This document shows positions 7,714 to 18,864 of a stretch of 44,110 bases of DNA, one piece after another. The translations under genes were made by a program, and so were the position numbers. Source of the stretch: a virus (taxonomy: Duplodnaviria > Caudoviricetes); the IMG/VR virus record IMGVR_UViG_3300030376_001719, positions 1 to 44,110 of that record; one strand, 5' to 3'. Within the stretch, counting starts at the first letter, position 1, and every line of letters starts with the position of its first letter. The notes below the pieces were generated by a model that worked only from the letters and a program-made list of their open reading frames with translations, had not been told where the DNA came from and did not search any database.

Positions 7714-10008
7714 TTAACGTGCGGTTGCAGGTGGTTGGTTTTCGCCACCGAATGGATTTTCAGCCCAAGCACAATAAATATGGTTTGTTAATTGATTGAC
7801 TTGATTGGCTCCACGAATTTTAAAACCGTTGCTCAATATGTCTATTTCTTGAGCAGGGCTGCTAGCAGTAGTTTCATCTTGCGTTAGATTTGGCTTCAAA
7901 ACAGTGTCACTAGGGTTGTTAGTGTCTCTAGTTGTATCCCAAATAAACCAATCATAACCAAGGCCAATTGTCTTTAATATGATCATAGCTGGGCGGAAAC
8001 CTAGATAAACAAACACACCATCAGCATTATCATTTCCATCATAACTGCCAAATTTTGAAAACCCTTCCACAGGTTCCCACGCATACATAACACCTGAACC
8101 GCTAATCAACGCTCCGTCAATGTTTACGTTGCCACCACTAAACGTACAAGCGCTGTATCCAACGCCTTGCGAGTCGCTGTGAAGCTCTAAAAGCCCTGGT
8201 TGATAAGAGGCGTGTTGAACTTTAACTTGAGAGGAGCCGGCATCAGAAACATACATAACAAATTGCGGGTTTGTTAATCCAGTGTCAATAGTTTGGGGGT
8301 CATTATCTGCACCTGTAAATTCAATTATATTAAAACCATTTTCTGAAACATCTGATGAATTATATTTCCAGCACCAAGCAACAGAGCTACCAGAAGGCGC
8401 TGAATATGCGTTCTCGTACCCACCGCTGGGGTTTTGAATTGTTTGGTTGGTTGTACCCCTAACACTATCAACAAGCTGGTGCTGATTGCTGTTGGCCCGA
8501 TCCTTGATCCACCAGAGACCGTTTGTGAACCCTGTGTTTACGTCATCATTCCAGTTAGTGCCGCTGGTGTTTGTACCTTGAGCAATAGCAAGAATGTTCG
8601 CACCAGTGCCTGTTAAAGCACGGAAATGATCGCTGCCATTCATAATCGTTGGCTCAGGCAGGTTGTTGCTCTGCATCCCATGAGTTGTGTTACTGACGCC
8701 AGTGGGTGCGGCTACAAACGGCATTTGCCCAAAATTAACTTGAACGCTTGGTCCAGTAGAACCTCCTGCACGATGTGCTCCAAAGTAATAACGACCACCA
8801 GCAGCTACGTTTTCTGAGGTGCCAACTTGCGTTCCATTTATGTAGAAATTAACTTGACGAGTAGCTAAGTCACCTCGCCACTCAACACCAAGAACGTCGC
8901 CAGTGCTGTAAGCAGTTAATCCAGTTTGAGAAGCTGTTGTGCTTTCATTGAAAATTCTGTTTGAGCCGCCATATTCAGAATAAACAATGCCAAAAGCGTA
9001 ATCATTATCGTTAGCAGCACCTTTTTCAAATTCGTCCTCAGCATCCCAAACACCAGCAGCAAAACGATCGCCAGCTGTTCTAACAAACTCGCAATAAAGA
9101 TGCTCGTCTGGTAACTCTTGCGTAGCCCAAGCTATACCGTTGTTAAAGCTATCGCCGTCTAAATTAGCTTGGTTAAAAGTAGGCTCATCGTTATTTACAA
9201 GAGGATTATATGTTGCATAATTACTCGTCGGCGTATCGTTGTAATCAACGTCGTTGTCGGTGTTGCTGCTGCTGATTGCAGTGCTATCAATGTCAGTTGA
9301 GGTAAAGTCGTTACGGGCCGTGTGACCAGATGCACCAATAGGCGCTGAGTCTTCACCAATACCCTCGGTAGCATTACTTTGGCTGCTATCAAACGTCAGA
9401 TGAAACCCGCCGGCTCCATATTCAGCAGCTGTGAAACTTGGAGCAATAGGAACCCAAACCCCATCATCGTTATATTTGCCAAAATCTGTCTCGTCCTTAG
9501 CAGTACCATCAAGGAAATGAAAATCTGCTAGATAAAGACCTCTATTGCCATCATTGTCACCGCCTGAAAGGTTCCATCCGCCTATCCTAAAAGCTGTGCT
9601 TGGAGAAAAACCAATGGTGGTTGTTGACCATTGAACACCATTTACCCAAAGTTTATAAGAACCACTGCTGTATTGACCTACAAAGTGATACCACGCGCTT
9701 GGATCTGTAAAAGCGTCACGACTACCGCGAATGCTACTAGCTGCGCCAGTAGTGTTGTAAACAGTAAGCAAATAACCTTGATTCAAAATTGCATGGTTAC
9801 CACAACCATAGAAGTATCTAAAAATATTAGTGTCGCGAGTGCCAATGCTTTTGAACCAAAACGACACCGTTATTGTTGAGCTGGACGGTGTAGCCGCAAG
9901 AGTGGATGATAATACCGAATTGTTTAGCCTTAAACGAATGCTCTGATTAATAGTGTCGCCAAGGTCTGCTGTTGCTGTAGCAGACGCCCAATAATTTGCG
10001 TAATCCAT
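7714..10008 (-). CDS. Tail fibre / receptor-binding protein with LamG (concanavalin-like) and SPRY-like domains
   Basis: TVSFWFK...DPSAWYHFV...LWVNG (LamG-like); GDVLGV...VNFYING...VNFGQ (SPRY-like); C-terminal YCAWAENPF; start MDYANYW is TAATG-coupled at 10008. Confidence 0.8.
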   Translation of the reverse strand: MDYANYWASATATADLGDTINQSIRLRLNNSVLSSTLAATPSSSTITVSFWFKSIGTRDTNIFRYFYGCGNHAILNQGYLLTVYNTTGAASSIRGSRDAFTDPSAWYHFVGQYSSGSYKLWVNGVQWSTTTIGFSPSTAFRIGGWNLSGGDNDGNRGLYLADFHFLDGTAKDETDFGKYNDDGVWVPIAPSFTAAEYGAGGFHLTFDSSQSNATEGIGEDSAPIGASGHTARNDFTSTDIDSTAISSSNTDNDVDYNDTPTSNYATYNPLVNNDEPTFNQANLDGDSFNNGIAWATQELPDEHLYCEFVRTAGDRFAAGVWDAEDEFEKGAANDNDYAFGIVYSEYGGSNRIFNESTTASQTGLTAYSTGDVLGVEWRGDLATRQVNFYINGTQVGTSENVAAGGRYYFGAHRAGGSTGPSVQVNFGQMPFVAAPTGVSNTTHGMQSNNLPEPTIMNGSDHFRALTGTGANILAIAQGTNTSGTNWNDDVNTGFTNGLWWIKDRANSNQHQLVDSVRGTTNQTIQNPSGGYENAYSAPSGSSVAWCWKYNSSDVSENGFNIIEFTGADNDPQTIDTGLTNPQFVMYVSDAGSSQVKVQHASYQPGLLELHSDSQGVGYSACTFSGGNVNIDGALISGSGVMYAWEPVEGFSKFGSYDGNDNADGVFVYLGFRPAMIILKTIGLGYDWFIWDTTRDTNNPSDTVLKPNLTQDETTASSPAQEIDILSNGFKIRGANQVNQLTNHIYCAWAENPFGGENQPPATAR

Positions 10009-11567
10009 TAGGCAATCCCCTGTGTCCAACTCCCCACGAGGATTTCATCGGTTTCAGCTTGATACCAAGGAGCAACAGCTGGAAATGCAGTGGGAGCAGT
10101 ATAAGTACCAGCTGGATGTTTTAAAACAGCAGGTAAAGCACTAGGAGCAGCAGTATCGCAATAAAGTAATCCAGATGTGCCAATTACTGTTTGAGTGACA
10201 GTTGCACTAGAATAATCACCAGTGCCAAGTTCAATAAAGTTGCTTTGAGTAAAATCAATAGCACCCGTTGCTTCTACTTCAGGAGTAACGGATTGAGTGC
10301 GGCTAAAGGTGTTAACAGTACCAGTACCAGCTGCTGCAGCTAAAGCTCTAACTTGTGCAGCTGTAAGTTCAATAGCATTTGCAGCACTACCAGTGTTATT
10401 ACCAAGAATGCTATTTGCAGCTACATTCTGTAATTTAGCGTAGGTAACTGCATCGTCAGCAATTACAGTTGCACCGTCACCAGTAGAAGTTACATCACCA
10501 CTGTGGTTTGGGTGACTGTAGTTGTTAGCACCATCGGCTACGTTCAACATAGTGCGAACTGCAGCAGGTGCAATCTCCTCTACATCACCAGCTCCTGCAG
10601 TATCACGACCAAGTAGACGGTCTGTAGCAGAAACGTCCTGCATTTTGGCGTAGGTGACTGCACCATTATCAATAGTCCATGTAGCACCACTATTGGTAAC
10701 AGTAATATCACCTTTGTCACTATCTGGAATAGCGGCAATTGCAACATCGTCAACATATTCTTTAGTTGCTGCATGTCCATCAGCAGTAGGAGTAGCAACA
10801 GTTACAGTGCTACTAAAATTACCAGTAGAACCAGCGATTTCGCCAGTTGCAGTTACATTGCGGAATCCATCAATATCTTTATTTCCGTCAACTATTACTA
10901 CTTTTGAAGCAGTAACAGTGCCATCAGTAAAACCGTCAAGTTTGTTGAGATCGGTATGGTCACCAGTATAACCATCAAGGGTATTTAGTTCTTCTGGGGT
11001 AGCAGTAATCTGAGTATTAGATGCAGCTGCTAAGACAGGAACTGTGCCAGATTGGTTAGGCAGAGTAATTGTCCGATCAGCAGTTGGATCAGTAACCGTC
11101 AGTGTAGTTTCAAAATCGTCAGCAGTTGCACCTTCAAATCTAAGGTTTGACTGGAGCATTAACAAGTCACCAGTCATTGTACCACCGGTACTATCTACCG
11201 CTCGGTTCTGACGTTCTTGGCTAGCATACAGGTTTTGCAGCGTGTTATCATTTAAATCCTGTGCTCTAATAGAAGAACCAGGGAAGAACGTAACACGCTC
11301 AGTATCAAGATCAGTGTCTCTAAAGATACGGACAGTTACACCTGATTTAGGTGCACCCGTAGATTCTTGAAAAGTAGTTTCAGTAACAGCACTAAATTGG
11401 ATTTCAGTGGCAGAAGGGAACGTATAGGTATTAGATGCGATGTCTGTAACGTCAGCGTTTGAGGTACGGACCTGAACTTTTACATCATCTTCTTTAATAT
11501 ATGGGAAAGTAAAAGAGAAACGGCGTAGTGTACCGTTTCCATTATGTTCATTTTGTGTAGTTGCCAT
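10008..11567 (-). CDS. Tail fibre protein (T7 gp17-like N-terminal anchor)
   Basis: N-terminal FSFTFPYIKEDDVKV...RIFRDTD...FFPGSSIRAQDLNDN; repeated AVTYAK(M/L)Q(D/N)V. Confidence 0.9.
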   Translation of the reverse strand: MATTQNEHNGNGTLRRFSFTFPYIKEDDVKVQVRTSNADVTDIASNTYTFPSATEIQFSAVTETTFQESTGAPKSGVTVRIFRDTDLDTERVTFFPGSSIRAQDLNDNTLQNLYASQERQNRAVDSTGGTMTGDLLMLQSNLRFEGATADDFETTLTVTDPTADRTITLPNQSGTVPVLAAASNTQITATPEELNTLDGYTGDHTDLNKLDGFTDGTVTASKVVIVDGNKDIDGFRNVTATGEIAGSTGNFSSTVTVATPTADGHAATKEYVDDVAIAAIPDSDKGDITVTNSGATWTIDNGAVTYAKMQDVSATDRLLGRDTAGAGDVEEIAPAAVRTMLNVADGANNYSHPNHSGDVTSTGDGATVIADDAVTYAKLQNVAANSILGNNTGSAANAIELTAAQVRALAAAAGTGTVNTFSRTQSVTPEVEATGAIDFTQSNFIELGTGDYSSATVTQTVIGTSGLLYCDTAAPSALPAVLKHPAGTYTAPTAFPAVAPWYQAETDEILVGSWTQGIA

Positions 11568-11579
11568 CAGAAATTAGCA

Positions 11580-14500
11580 TTACTTGTTTACAGAGTCACG
11601 CAGGAATTGTTCTGTTTCAAACGAGAGTGGTTTTTCTCCTCGTTGAGCTCGATAGATGTTAACGTCTTGAATATATCCTTCAGTCTCCAATCGATCTCTA
11701 GTGCTAAGTCTGGCACGTGCAGCTTCCATGGCACGAGATAAATAATCATCAAGTGCTTCATGGATATTAAACCAGTTTTTAAGTGGTGTACGCTTAGAAG
11801 TAACGTGTGGATCTTTACGATAAGCCATTAGCTTCTCAAGACCACCAGCTGCTTCTGTCCGTTTCATGACTTTACGGATACCATCTAAGAAGATTTTATC
11901 CTGTCCTAATAGATCATACAACTCAGACCGTTCATCAGTAGTAAATTCAACCCCTGTGTCAGGATCTTTATTGAAGAAAGGACGTGCATCGTACTCAGCA
12001 GCTGCTAAGAACCTAGCTTCAGGACCACGTTCTTCCATGATTTTAGCCGGTGAGTAAACGTTGTGAACACGAATCCACCATGGTTGGGTGTTACCGATCT
12101 CACCACCGTAAATCCAGTCGTGTGATACAGGCAACTTAGCACCTTCAGGAACAAACTTGTCTGCAAACTTGTTCTTGTTACGGATATAACCGTCAACAGT
12201 ACGGTCAATTTCACGTTGAGCAGGCTCAAACAAACGTCCAAGTTCACCACGTAGACCAGCGCCAGGGATCACAGCATTCAATGTACCAGCTTGCCAACGC
12301 TCAATAGCACCTTCATTGCCGTTCATGATGTCGTACAATGGGCGTGCCATTTCAAACACGGTTTTATCTTTTAGGTTAGCTGCAAGAACAAATGCCATTC
12401 TAGCACCAAGGTGTTCAAATGCTGCTTCACCGAGAGTATCCCAGTTTTCAGCGAGATCCACCGTGCTAGCAATCCAGTCACCGATAGGACCAAGGGCTTC
12501 GTAGCTAATCCAGTAGTCAGTAAAAGGTACTTTGTAAGATTTAGCTTGCCAATCTTTACGTGCTTCGAGTGCACGTTGGACTTTAGGATCCCAAGATCCA
12601 TTACCAGTCAACCTACCCTGTGAAAGACCAATGAAAGCCATAGTCACAGCCATTGTACCCATTGCCATTCTAGCTTTAGCTTCATGACGGATTTCAATAA
12701 ACTTCTGATGCATCTGATCTCTTGGCAGATCACCCATACCACGGGATTCCATTGCCAACTTGATCTCATCATCAGTCATTTCATGGTACGGCTTAGACAT
12801 AAACTTATAGACATCATCTGCAAGTTCACGTACATATGGCATTTCTGCCATGACAGGGGTTGCTGGATTATACTTAACAGCATACATGTTAGCCATGTTA
12901 CCGATCGACCGAGCAAAAGAAAAGATGCTCTTAGCAATCGGGAACGTACGGGTCATGCCATTAAGCCAGTTAGCAACAGGATCATCAGCATTAAGAGAGA
13001 CTTCTGAGTTAGCATACCTAACCCGTGGGTCAGTGATAATACCATCTTCATTGAAGATCTTACTATAGGCTAATTCATAGGCTTCTGTAAACAACTCTTC
13101 ACCATCTACATTGGCATTGACTAATTCATCCAGTGTGATGCGCCCATTAACATGGTCAAAGGCATCAGCACGTGCTTGAATATTAGCCTGGAATGCACCA
13201 GTAAACAAGTCTTGTCCTGACATAGAGTTACTAGAAGCACGTAGCAATGGATGCAACGCTAGGTCTTCTAGTTGCTGCTGAACAGTAAACATGATCATAG
13301 GACCATCATTACCCATTGCTTCTGCAGCTTTAGCATAGGACTCAAAAGCTGCCATTTTTTTAGAAGCTTTGTAAGCCAAGTCAGGCTTCATTGCTGCTTC
13401 GACATTACGTGGTTCTGTACTCAGTTTCCAGAACATATCACCGGCATACTTACCAGCTTTTTGGAACGTATCAGTCAAACCACCATAGGCATAGTGAGCA
13501 CGCCGAAGCATGTACATATCACCTGATAGAATAGCACCACCAAACATACCAATAGGCTGTGCAACAAGACCACCAATGTTACCAAACGCAGCTTTAATAG
13601 GTGTACCCAATGCACTAAGCCATGAGTTCATGACATTAGCCCAGCCCGCCTGTACAATCAGGTTAGGGATTTCAGGGTTACGATCCCAGATACCTTTTTC
13701 AAGGTTAGTAAATGAATGAGCAAACTCTTTATTGAGCCGCATCATTGAGTCTACTCTACCATTAGTTGCATCATACATCTCATACATTGGCTTGAGCATG
13801 TATGGATATTCTTTAGCAATGTTTCGGTAGTTAGTTGCAAACTGTTTAGCTTCAGGAATCACGTTCTCCAGCATTGCCTTACGAGCACCTTCTTCGGAGT
13901 TCTTCCAACGTTGTAGTCCTTCCATGTCATTGTTAGCAAACATGGTTTTAATACGATTCCAATTATTAGGATTCAATGGACCTTGTTTACGCTCCCAATC
14001 GAATGCACTCTTAAGAACGTGTAGCATTTCGAGACGGTCAAACATCTCTTCAACGACATTCTCATAAGCTTCAGTCCCTAAACTTTCAATTGAAGTTTGA
14101 GCAAAGTCAGCAACTTGTCCAGCAAGAGATTGTTGAGTAACAGCACTAGCTTGGTAGTTTTGAAGACCAGCAATCTTCCTCATGTATTTGTTAATTGCCT
14201 TACCAGCAACATCAGACGCAGCTTGTCGCCCAGCAACTGTACCAAACTCTGTAAGGATTTTACTGAGGAATCCAGAGTCAGCAGCAGGGTCAAGAATAGA
14301 TTCAGCTAGGTTTGTTGTAGCCCTGCTAATATCTTCAAATTTTAACTTATTAACACCGTCAGCTGCAATGTAATCCCATTTACCAGCCTGTTTCATCTGG
14401 TCAACAACCTGATCCATCAGCCAACCACGTTTAAGGTTGTCCTCATCAAGACCGAATTTCAGTGCAGTAGAGCTGATAAAATTACCAACCCGACCATATT

Positions 14501-15728
14501 GTGTGTCAATGTTCTTAGCAATCTGTGCAACGTTGGTCATCGCACCAGCCACACCATTCTGATCTAGACTACGTTGTCCTAGTTCAGCAACAGTCCACAT
14601 GTCATGGACACCTTTAACAGGTTTAATAAACGGTGCATCAGGGTCAAGTTTTGAAAGGTTATATGCACCAACGTCATCAATGTTCTTACTTGCTTGTTCA
14701 GCTGAGTCATTAATCAGTTTAAGAGACAACTCTTTGGAAGACATCTTATACTGATTTTTTGTTGCATCCCAGAAAGCACCGACTTTTTCACCCCGTGGAG
14801 CGAGTCGTGCAAAGTCAGCAGACTTGTAAGCAGCTTTAAGCAGTCGTGCTGTAGAACCAATAAGCTCTACACCAACGTTAAGACCACCACCTTCCATACG
14901 GTTTTTATGGCGGCGAGTATCAGCACTATCAGCACTAGATGTAGCCAACCAGTTAGGAATCCAAGTGGTTTGTTTTGGCCACCACTTTTTAAGACTACCT
15001 GAAAGGTTGTCATCCTCACCTTGTTGGTAAGAAGTTTCATCTACGTAGACACCAATGCCTACATCCAAACCAAGGTTAGCAAACATTTGGAATGCTTTGT
15101 CGTTGCCAAGAGCTCGAAGGTTTTTACCACCTACACCCCTAGCTTGTAAACCTTTTACTCCACCTTTAGCACCTCTAGTGTAAGCAATGATAGGAGCAAG
15201 CAATGCCGTGACATCACGTAGTGCATCCTGTAGTTCACTGTTTGCATTAGGAGCACGGGGAATCTCAGGGTAACCCCAGATGTGTGCTTTAGAATTAATT
15301 TCTGAGGTGAACCAATCGCTCATACCTTTTACAGGCCCTTCTAAGGCATCTGCAATGGGCTTGAGGGGGCTTCCGACTTCCGGGTCCATGATAGTACCAG
15401 GAGCATATCCAGAAGGCTCGAAGCGTCCCTGCTCGCGTGTAGGACCGATGATTTCACCATCGCGAAGACGCATGGTGCCGTCTTCATTTGTAGAACGGTA
15501 GTTAAACGATTCTGGATCCTCTGACCCAGGGAAGTTTTCTTCAAAAGAGTCTCCCGTAGGAGCTTCAGTATCTTGTTGAGGAGAGTCAGCTTTACTTTGA
15601 ATTTCTGATGCCTTAGCACCAATATCAGATTCCCGCTTTAGGCGTTCAATCTCTTCATCACGAGAGGCTTGTATTTCCTCTGATGTAAGCTCTTCTTCCT
15701 CATTAAAATACTCACGTGAAAGTGACAT
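11580..15728 (-). CDS. Internal virion protein (T7 gp16 position)
   Basis: 1382 aa, helical, last core gene before the tail fibre. Confidence 0.8.
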   Translation of the reverse strand: MSLSREYFNEEEELTSEEIQASRDEEIERLKRESDIGAKASEIQSKADSPQQDTEAPTGDSFEENFPGSEDPESFNYRSTNEDGTMRLRDGEIIGPTREQGRFEPSGYAPGTIMDPEVGSPLKPIADALEGPVKGMSDWFTSEINSKAHIWGYPEIPRAPNANSELQDALRDVTALLAPIIAYTRGAKGGVKGLQARGVGGKNLRALGNDKAFQMFANLGLDVGIGVYVDETSYQQGEDDNLSGSLKKWWPKQTTWIPNWLATSSADSADTRRHKNRMEGGGLNVGVELIGSTARLLKAAYKSADFARLAPRGEKVGAFWDATKNQYKMSSKELSLKLINDSAEQASKNIDDVGAYNLSKLDPDAPFIKPVKGVHDMWTVAELGQRSLDQNGVAGAMTNVAQIAKNIDTQYGRVGNFISSTALKFGLDEDNLKRGWLMDQVVDQMKQAGKWDYIAADGVNKLKFEDISRATTNLAESILDPAADSGFLSKILTEFGTVAGRQAASDVAGKAINKYMRKIAGLQNYQASAVTQQSLAGQVADFAQTSIESLGTEAYENVVEEMFDRLEMLHVLKSAFDWERKQGPLNPNNWNRIKTMFANNDMEGLQRWKNSEEGARKAMLENVIPEAKQFATNYRNIAKEYPYMLKPMYEMYDATNGRVDSMMRLNKEFAHSFTNLEKGIWDRNPEIPNLIVQAGWANVMNSWLSALGTPIKAAFGNIGGLVAQPIGMFGGAILSGDMYMLRRAHYAYGGLTDTFQKAGKYAGDMFWKLSTEPRNVEAAMKPDLAYKASKKMAAFESYAKAAEAMGNDGPMIMFTVQQQLEDLALHPLLRASSNSMSGQDLFTGAFQANIQARADAFDHVNGRITLDELVNANVDGEELFTEAYELAYSKIFNEDGIITDPRVRYANSEVSLNADDPVANWLNGMTRTFPIAKSIFSFARSIGNMANMYAVKYNPATPVMAEMPYVRELADDVYKFMSKPYHEMTDDEIKLAMESRGMGDLPRDQMHQKFIEIRHEAKARMAMGTMAVTMAFIGLSQGRLTGNGSWDPKVQRALEARKDWQAKSYKVPFTDYWISYEALGPIGDWIASTVDLAENWDTLGEAAFEHLGARMAFVLAANLKDKTVFEMARPLYDIMNGNEGAIERWQAGTLNAVIPGAGLRGELGRLFEPAQREIDRTVDGYIRNKNKFADKFVPEGAKLPVSHDWIYGGEIGNTQPWWIRVHNVYSPAKIMEERGPEARFLAAAEYDARPFFNKDPDTGVEFTTDERSELYDLLGQDKIFLDGIRKVMKRTEAAGGLEKLMAYRKDPHVTSKRTPLKNWFNIHEALDDYLSRAMEAARARLSTRDRLETEGYIQDVNIYRAQRGEKPLSFETEQFLRDSVNK

Positions 15729-15732
15729 AATT

Positions 15733-18700
15733 TTAAATCATCGTATTTTGTTGTTGATCACGTTGCCGCTCTTGCTGCAAGAAATGCTCGTATTTCTGTT
15801 TCATGTCTACAGTCGTTTTAGATGGCTGATCATAGTAGCTTCTGTCACTCTTATCTTTAGGGAAACTGGCCCACACAGGTGATAGTTTGTACAAAGCTTT
15901 ATCAGACCAACCTTTTTTAGGATCTACCCCTTTCTCAATCATAAGACCAAGTGAGGCTTTATCTTGGTTAGCAGGAGTTAGACCACCTTTAAGACCAAGT
16001 TTTTTAGAGATATCGTCCCAGGTAGTAGATAAGAATTGATAGGCGCCAGCGGCGTCACTAGAGTAACCACCTGCAGTATTAACACGTCTAGGATGGTCAG
16101 TACCTTGGAAGGTAGAACCACCAAACATAATGTTATAACCCCTACCACCTTCAGCATAACGAGTAACTCGTAACCATGCTCGTTCTTCAGGGGTTAATCC
16201 AGGTGCAGCAGTTTGGTATTCAGTAGGACTAGGTAGCGTGTTATTGCTTACCTTACGATACGTAGGATTCAAGTTGGCTCCACTGTTCATCACAGCAGGG
16301 TCAGCGAATGATGCACGGTTTTTAACAAGGTTATCAAGATTAACTTGTTGTGCATCAGTTAGTTTAAGTTGTCCATCTACAATCTTAGGAGGTTCACCTA
16401 ACAGGCTAGCGAAGATATAATCTTCACGAGCTTCACCAGTCAGACCACCTTGCTCAGCAGTAGCAGACAGTTGTTGGATGTTTGCGGAAAGTTTAGCATA
16501 GTCTAGAGAGAAGTTCTTGTTACTCATGTGAGCATACGCAAGCACTGCTCCTTCAGGCAAGCCACTTTCCTCGGCTACTTTGACAATTTGCTCTCGTGCA
16601 GTATCTGGGGCACGCCAAGACTGGAGACCAGTATTAGCACTGTAGCCTGCTTTAGAGATATCATATGATGTCCTCGCTTTATCAACGTCTTTTAAGAATT
16701 GGTTAAATGCCTCGTCTGGGATCTGTGTGCTCTCACGGAACCTAGCTATAGAAGCCGGCATTGGAACAGGAGGTAGTTTCAGACGATCACGCAATAGATT
16801 GGTGAGTTCATAAGTAGTCATGTTAGGATCCCGATCAGCAAGCATCTTGATCATTGGATCAAAATTACCATTAACAGGGTCCACTTGCCATGCTGCAATC
16901 CGCTCATCAGTAATAAAAGAACCAGGTACACTATAGTCTGTACCATACTTCTGCATATCACCTTCTACTTTAGCTTTAGCAGCAGCGTGTTTAGCATCTT
17001 GTTCTTTATATGTCTTAAGGCTTTCAAGCTTGAAGTTGGGGAAATCATTATTTAGACCAGGTGCTAAGTAACCCTTTGTTCCACCTTCAGCAAATCCCTC
17101 TTTGTCAGCAGCATTAATAGCGACTTCATCTAGAGCTCGCTCCATAGCTGTTTGTTGATCTAGACCCATCTCCAGCATGTATTTAATCGCTAGAGGCCGT
17201 GCTCTATTTTGTAGAACAGCTGCAACTCTTTCGACACCTTCACTTGTACCAGGAGAATCAGGACCAATTTTTGCAACACCTTTGGCTTTCAATAAAGAGT
17301 GCTTTTCTAACCACTTCATGGATTTGTCATCACCAAGCAGTTTGTCGTTACGTTCAGCGTAACGCTTTATTTCTGCGTATCTAGGGTGTGCTGTTAGATT
17401 AACACTGTTTAAATAATCCATCCCTAACTTACCATTAATAAAGTCAGGTAGAATATTATTACCCTGTCGGACTACGTTCTTACCACCTTCACTATACTGC
17501 AGCCATGCATTTTCAATTTCTTGACTAGGAGTAGAGCTATGGGTAATTGCCTTATATTTCTCCTGCATCTGCTGCTTTTCTTCAAACGTGGTAACGTTGG
17601 TATCACCTTGAGCCCGAGCTTCAGCAACCTCTTTAATCATGTCAACAGCTTGTTCTGCAAAAGCATTGCCATCAGCAGTGCGTTGAGTTACAAGTGCACT
17701 GTTGTCATCCTTAAGGTACTGTGTGTGAGCACGCTTAATTTTTTGCATTAAAGGAAATCTAGAAATGCTCATAGGTTGATTAGTAACAGGGTCAATGCTA
17801 CGATCAAACAGTGCTTGAATTTCTGCGTGACTTTTTAAAGCCCCAGCTTTACCTAAACCAGTTAAACGGTCTTCAGTGGTTTTCCATCTGTCGGTGGGTG
17901 AGGGTGCATAAACGTCACCCCTTACAAGTTTTGGGAGAGTACCAGCAGCATCGTAAATATCAGTTACTGTACCACGACCGGAAGCATAATTCTGAGTAAA
18001 AGTAAAAAATTTTTGGTCAAAAGAATTTTGTCCAGAGTTTACTGTGTCAACATTAACCTTGGCTTGCTTCCATTTAGCAAGCTGCGTACGAACACCACTT
18101 TTACCACCATAAAAGTAGTCTTCCATCATCATGGGATTGATTCCTTCAAACCCAAGCTCTGTTAAATGGTCAGCAATAATTTTATGACCCAATGCACCAG
18201 TAGCAGCTTCACCCGTTACTTGGTTGTAAGGAACAGGATCTTGACCAGGTAACGTAAGGAATTTATCTTGACGTTGTACTTGTTCTGCTAAAACGTTTTG
18301 GAAGTTATCACGCTCCAACTGGAGCATACTAGAAACTAATTGGAACTGGTACTCTGGAGTACCTTTCCTAAACATATCAGAAATTTCCAGTTTCCTAGTT
18401 TTCTGGAATGCTTCGTTAGCTGCTAATTGTTGAGTCGCACCATTTTTAATTGCTGCGTTTTTAAGTTCAAGATAACGTTCTAAACGCTCACCTTCAAACT
18501 TAGACGGATCTTGTAAAGACAAGACATCCATCTGTCCTTTCAACGCTTCACGTTTTTGAGCACCGCCTAGCTCACGAATAGCCAGGTCAAACAGTTTATT
18601 AGAAAAAGGGAGTAGCTCTTTTAAATTAAACTCAGTCTGCCTTTGATCTCCTGCAGCACTTTTTTCTAAGCGAATCCTATCGTTTTCACTCTGTACTTTT

Positions 18701-18864
18701 GCGTTTTGTTGCCTTACAGTGTCAGCGTACTGATCCTGCTGGCGTGTACGTTGGAACTCTTGTCGGATTAGAGAACCAATATCGGGAGCGGTCAGCGGAC
18801 CATTACCTAGATCGTAATCTGTTGATGATGGTTTGTACTGCCGCTGTTCTTCAAATCTTTTCAT
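15733..18864 (-). CDS. Internal virion protein (T7 gp15 position) with C-terminal muramidase (lambda-lysozyme-like) domain
   Basis: C-terminal RYAEG...YNIMFGG...AAGAYQFLSTTW...NQDKA...WASFP...YYDQP. Confidence 0.85.
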   Translation of the reverse strand: MKRFEEQRQYKPSSTDYDLGNGPLTAPDIGSLIRQEFQRTRQQDQYADTVRQQNAKVQSENDRIRLEKSAAGDQRQTEFNLKELLPFSNKLFDLAIRELGGAQKREALKGQMDVLSLQDPSKFEGERLERYLELKNAAIKNGATQQLAANEAFQKTRKLEISDMFRKGTPEYQFQLVSSMLQLERDNFQNVLAEQVQRQDKFLTLPGQDPVPYNQVTGEAATGALGHKIIADHLTELGFEGINPMMMEDYFYGGKSGVRTQLAKWKQAKVNVDTVNSGQNSFDQKFFTFTQNYASGRGTVTDIYDAAGTLPKLVRGDVYAPSPTDRWKTTEDRLTGLGKAGALKSHAEIQALFDRSIDPVTNQPMSISRFPLMQKIKRAHTQYLKDDNSALVTQRTADGNAFAEQAVDMIKEVAEARAQGDTNVTTFEEKQQMQEKYKAITHSSTPSQEIENAWLQYSEGGKNVVRQGNNILPDFINGKLGMDYLNSVNLTAHPRYAEIKRYAERNDKLLGDDKSMKWLEKHSLLKAKGVAKIGPDSPGTSEGVERVAAVLQNRARPLAIKYMLEMGLDQQTAMERALDEVAINAADKEGFAEGGTKGYLAPGLNNDFPNFKLESLKTYKEQDAKHAAAKAKVEGDMQKYGTDYSVPGSFITDERIAAWQVDPVNGNFDPMIKMLADRDPNMTTYELTNLLRDRLKLPPVPMPASIARFRESTQIPDEAFNQFLKDVDKARTSYDISKAGYSANTGLQSWRAPDTAREQIVKVAEESGLPEGAVLAYAHMSNKNFSLDYAKLSANIQQLSATAEQGGLTGEAREDYIFASLLGEPPKIVDGQLKLTDAQQVNLDNLVKNRASFADPAVMNSGANLNPTYRKVSNNTLPSPTEYQTAAPGLTPEERAWLRVTRYAEGGRGYNIMFGGSTFQGTDHPRRVNTAGGYSSDAAGAYQFLSTTWDDISKKLGLKGGLTPANQDKASLGLMIEKGVDPKKGWSDKALYKLSPVWASFPKDKSDRSYYDQPSKTTVDMKQKYEHFLQQERQRDQQQNTMI

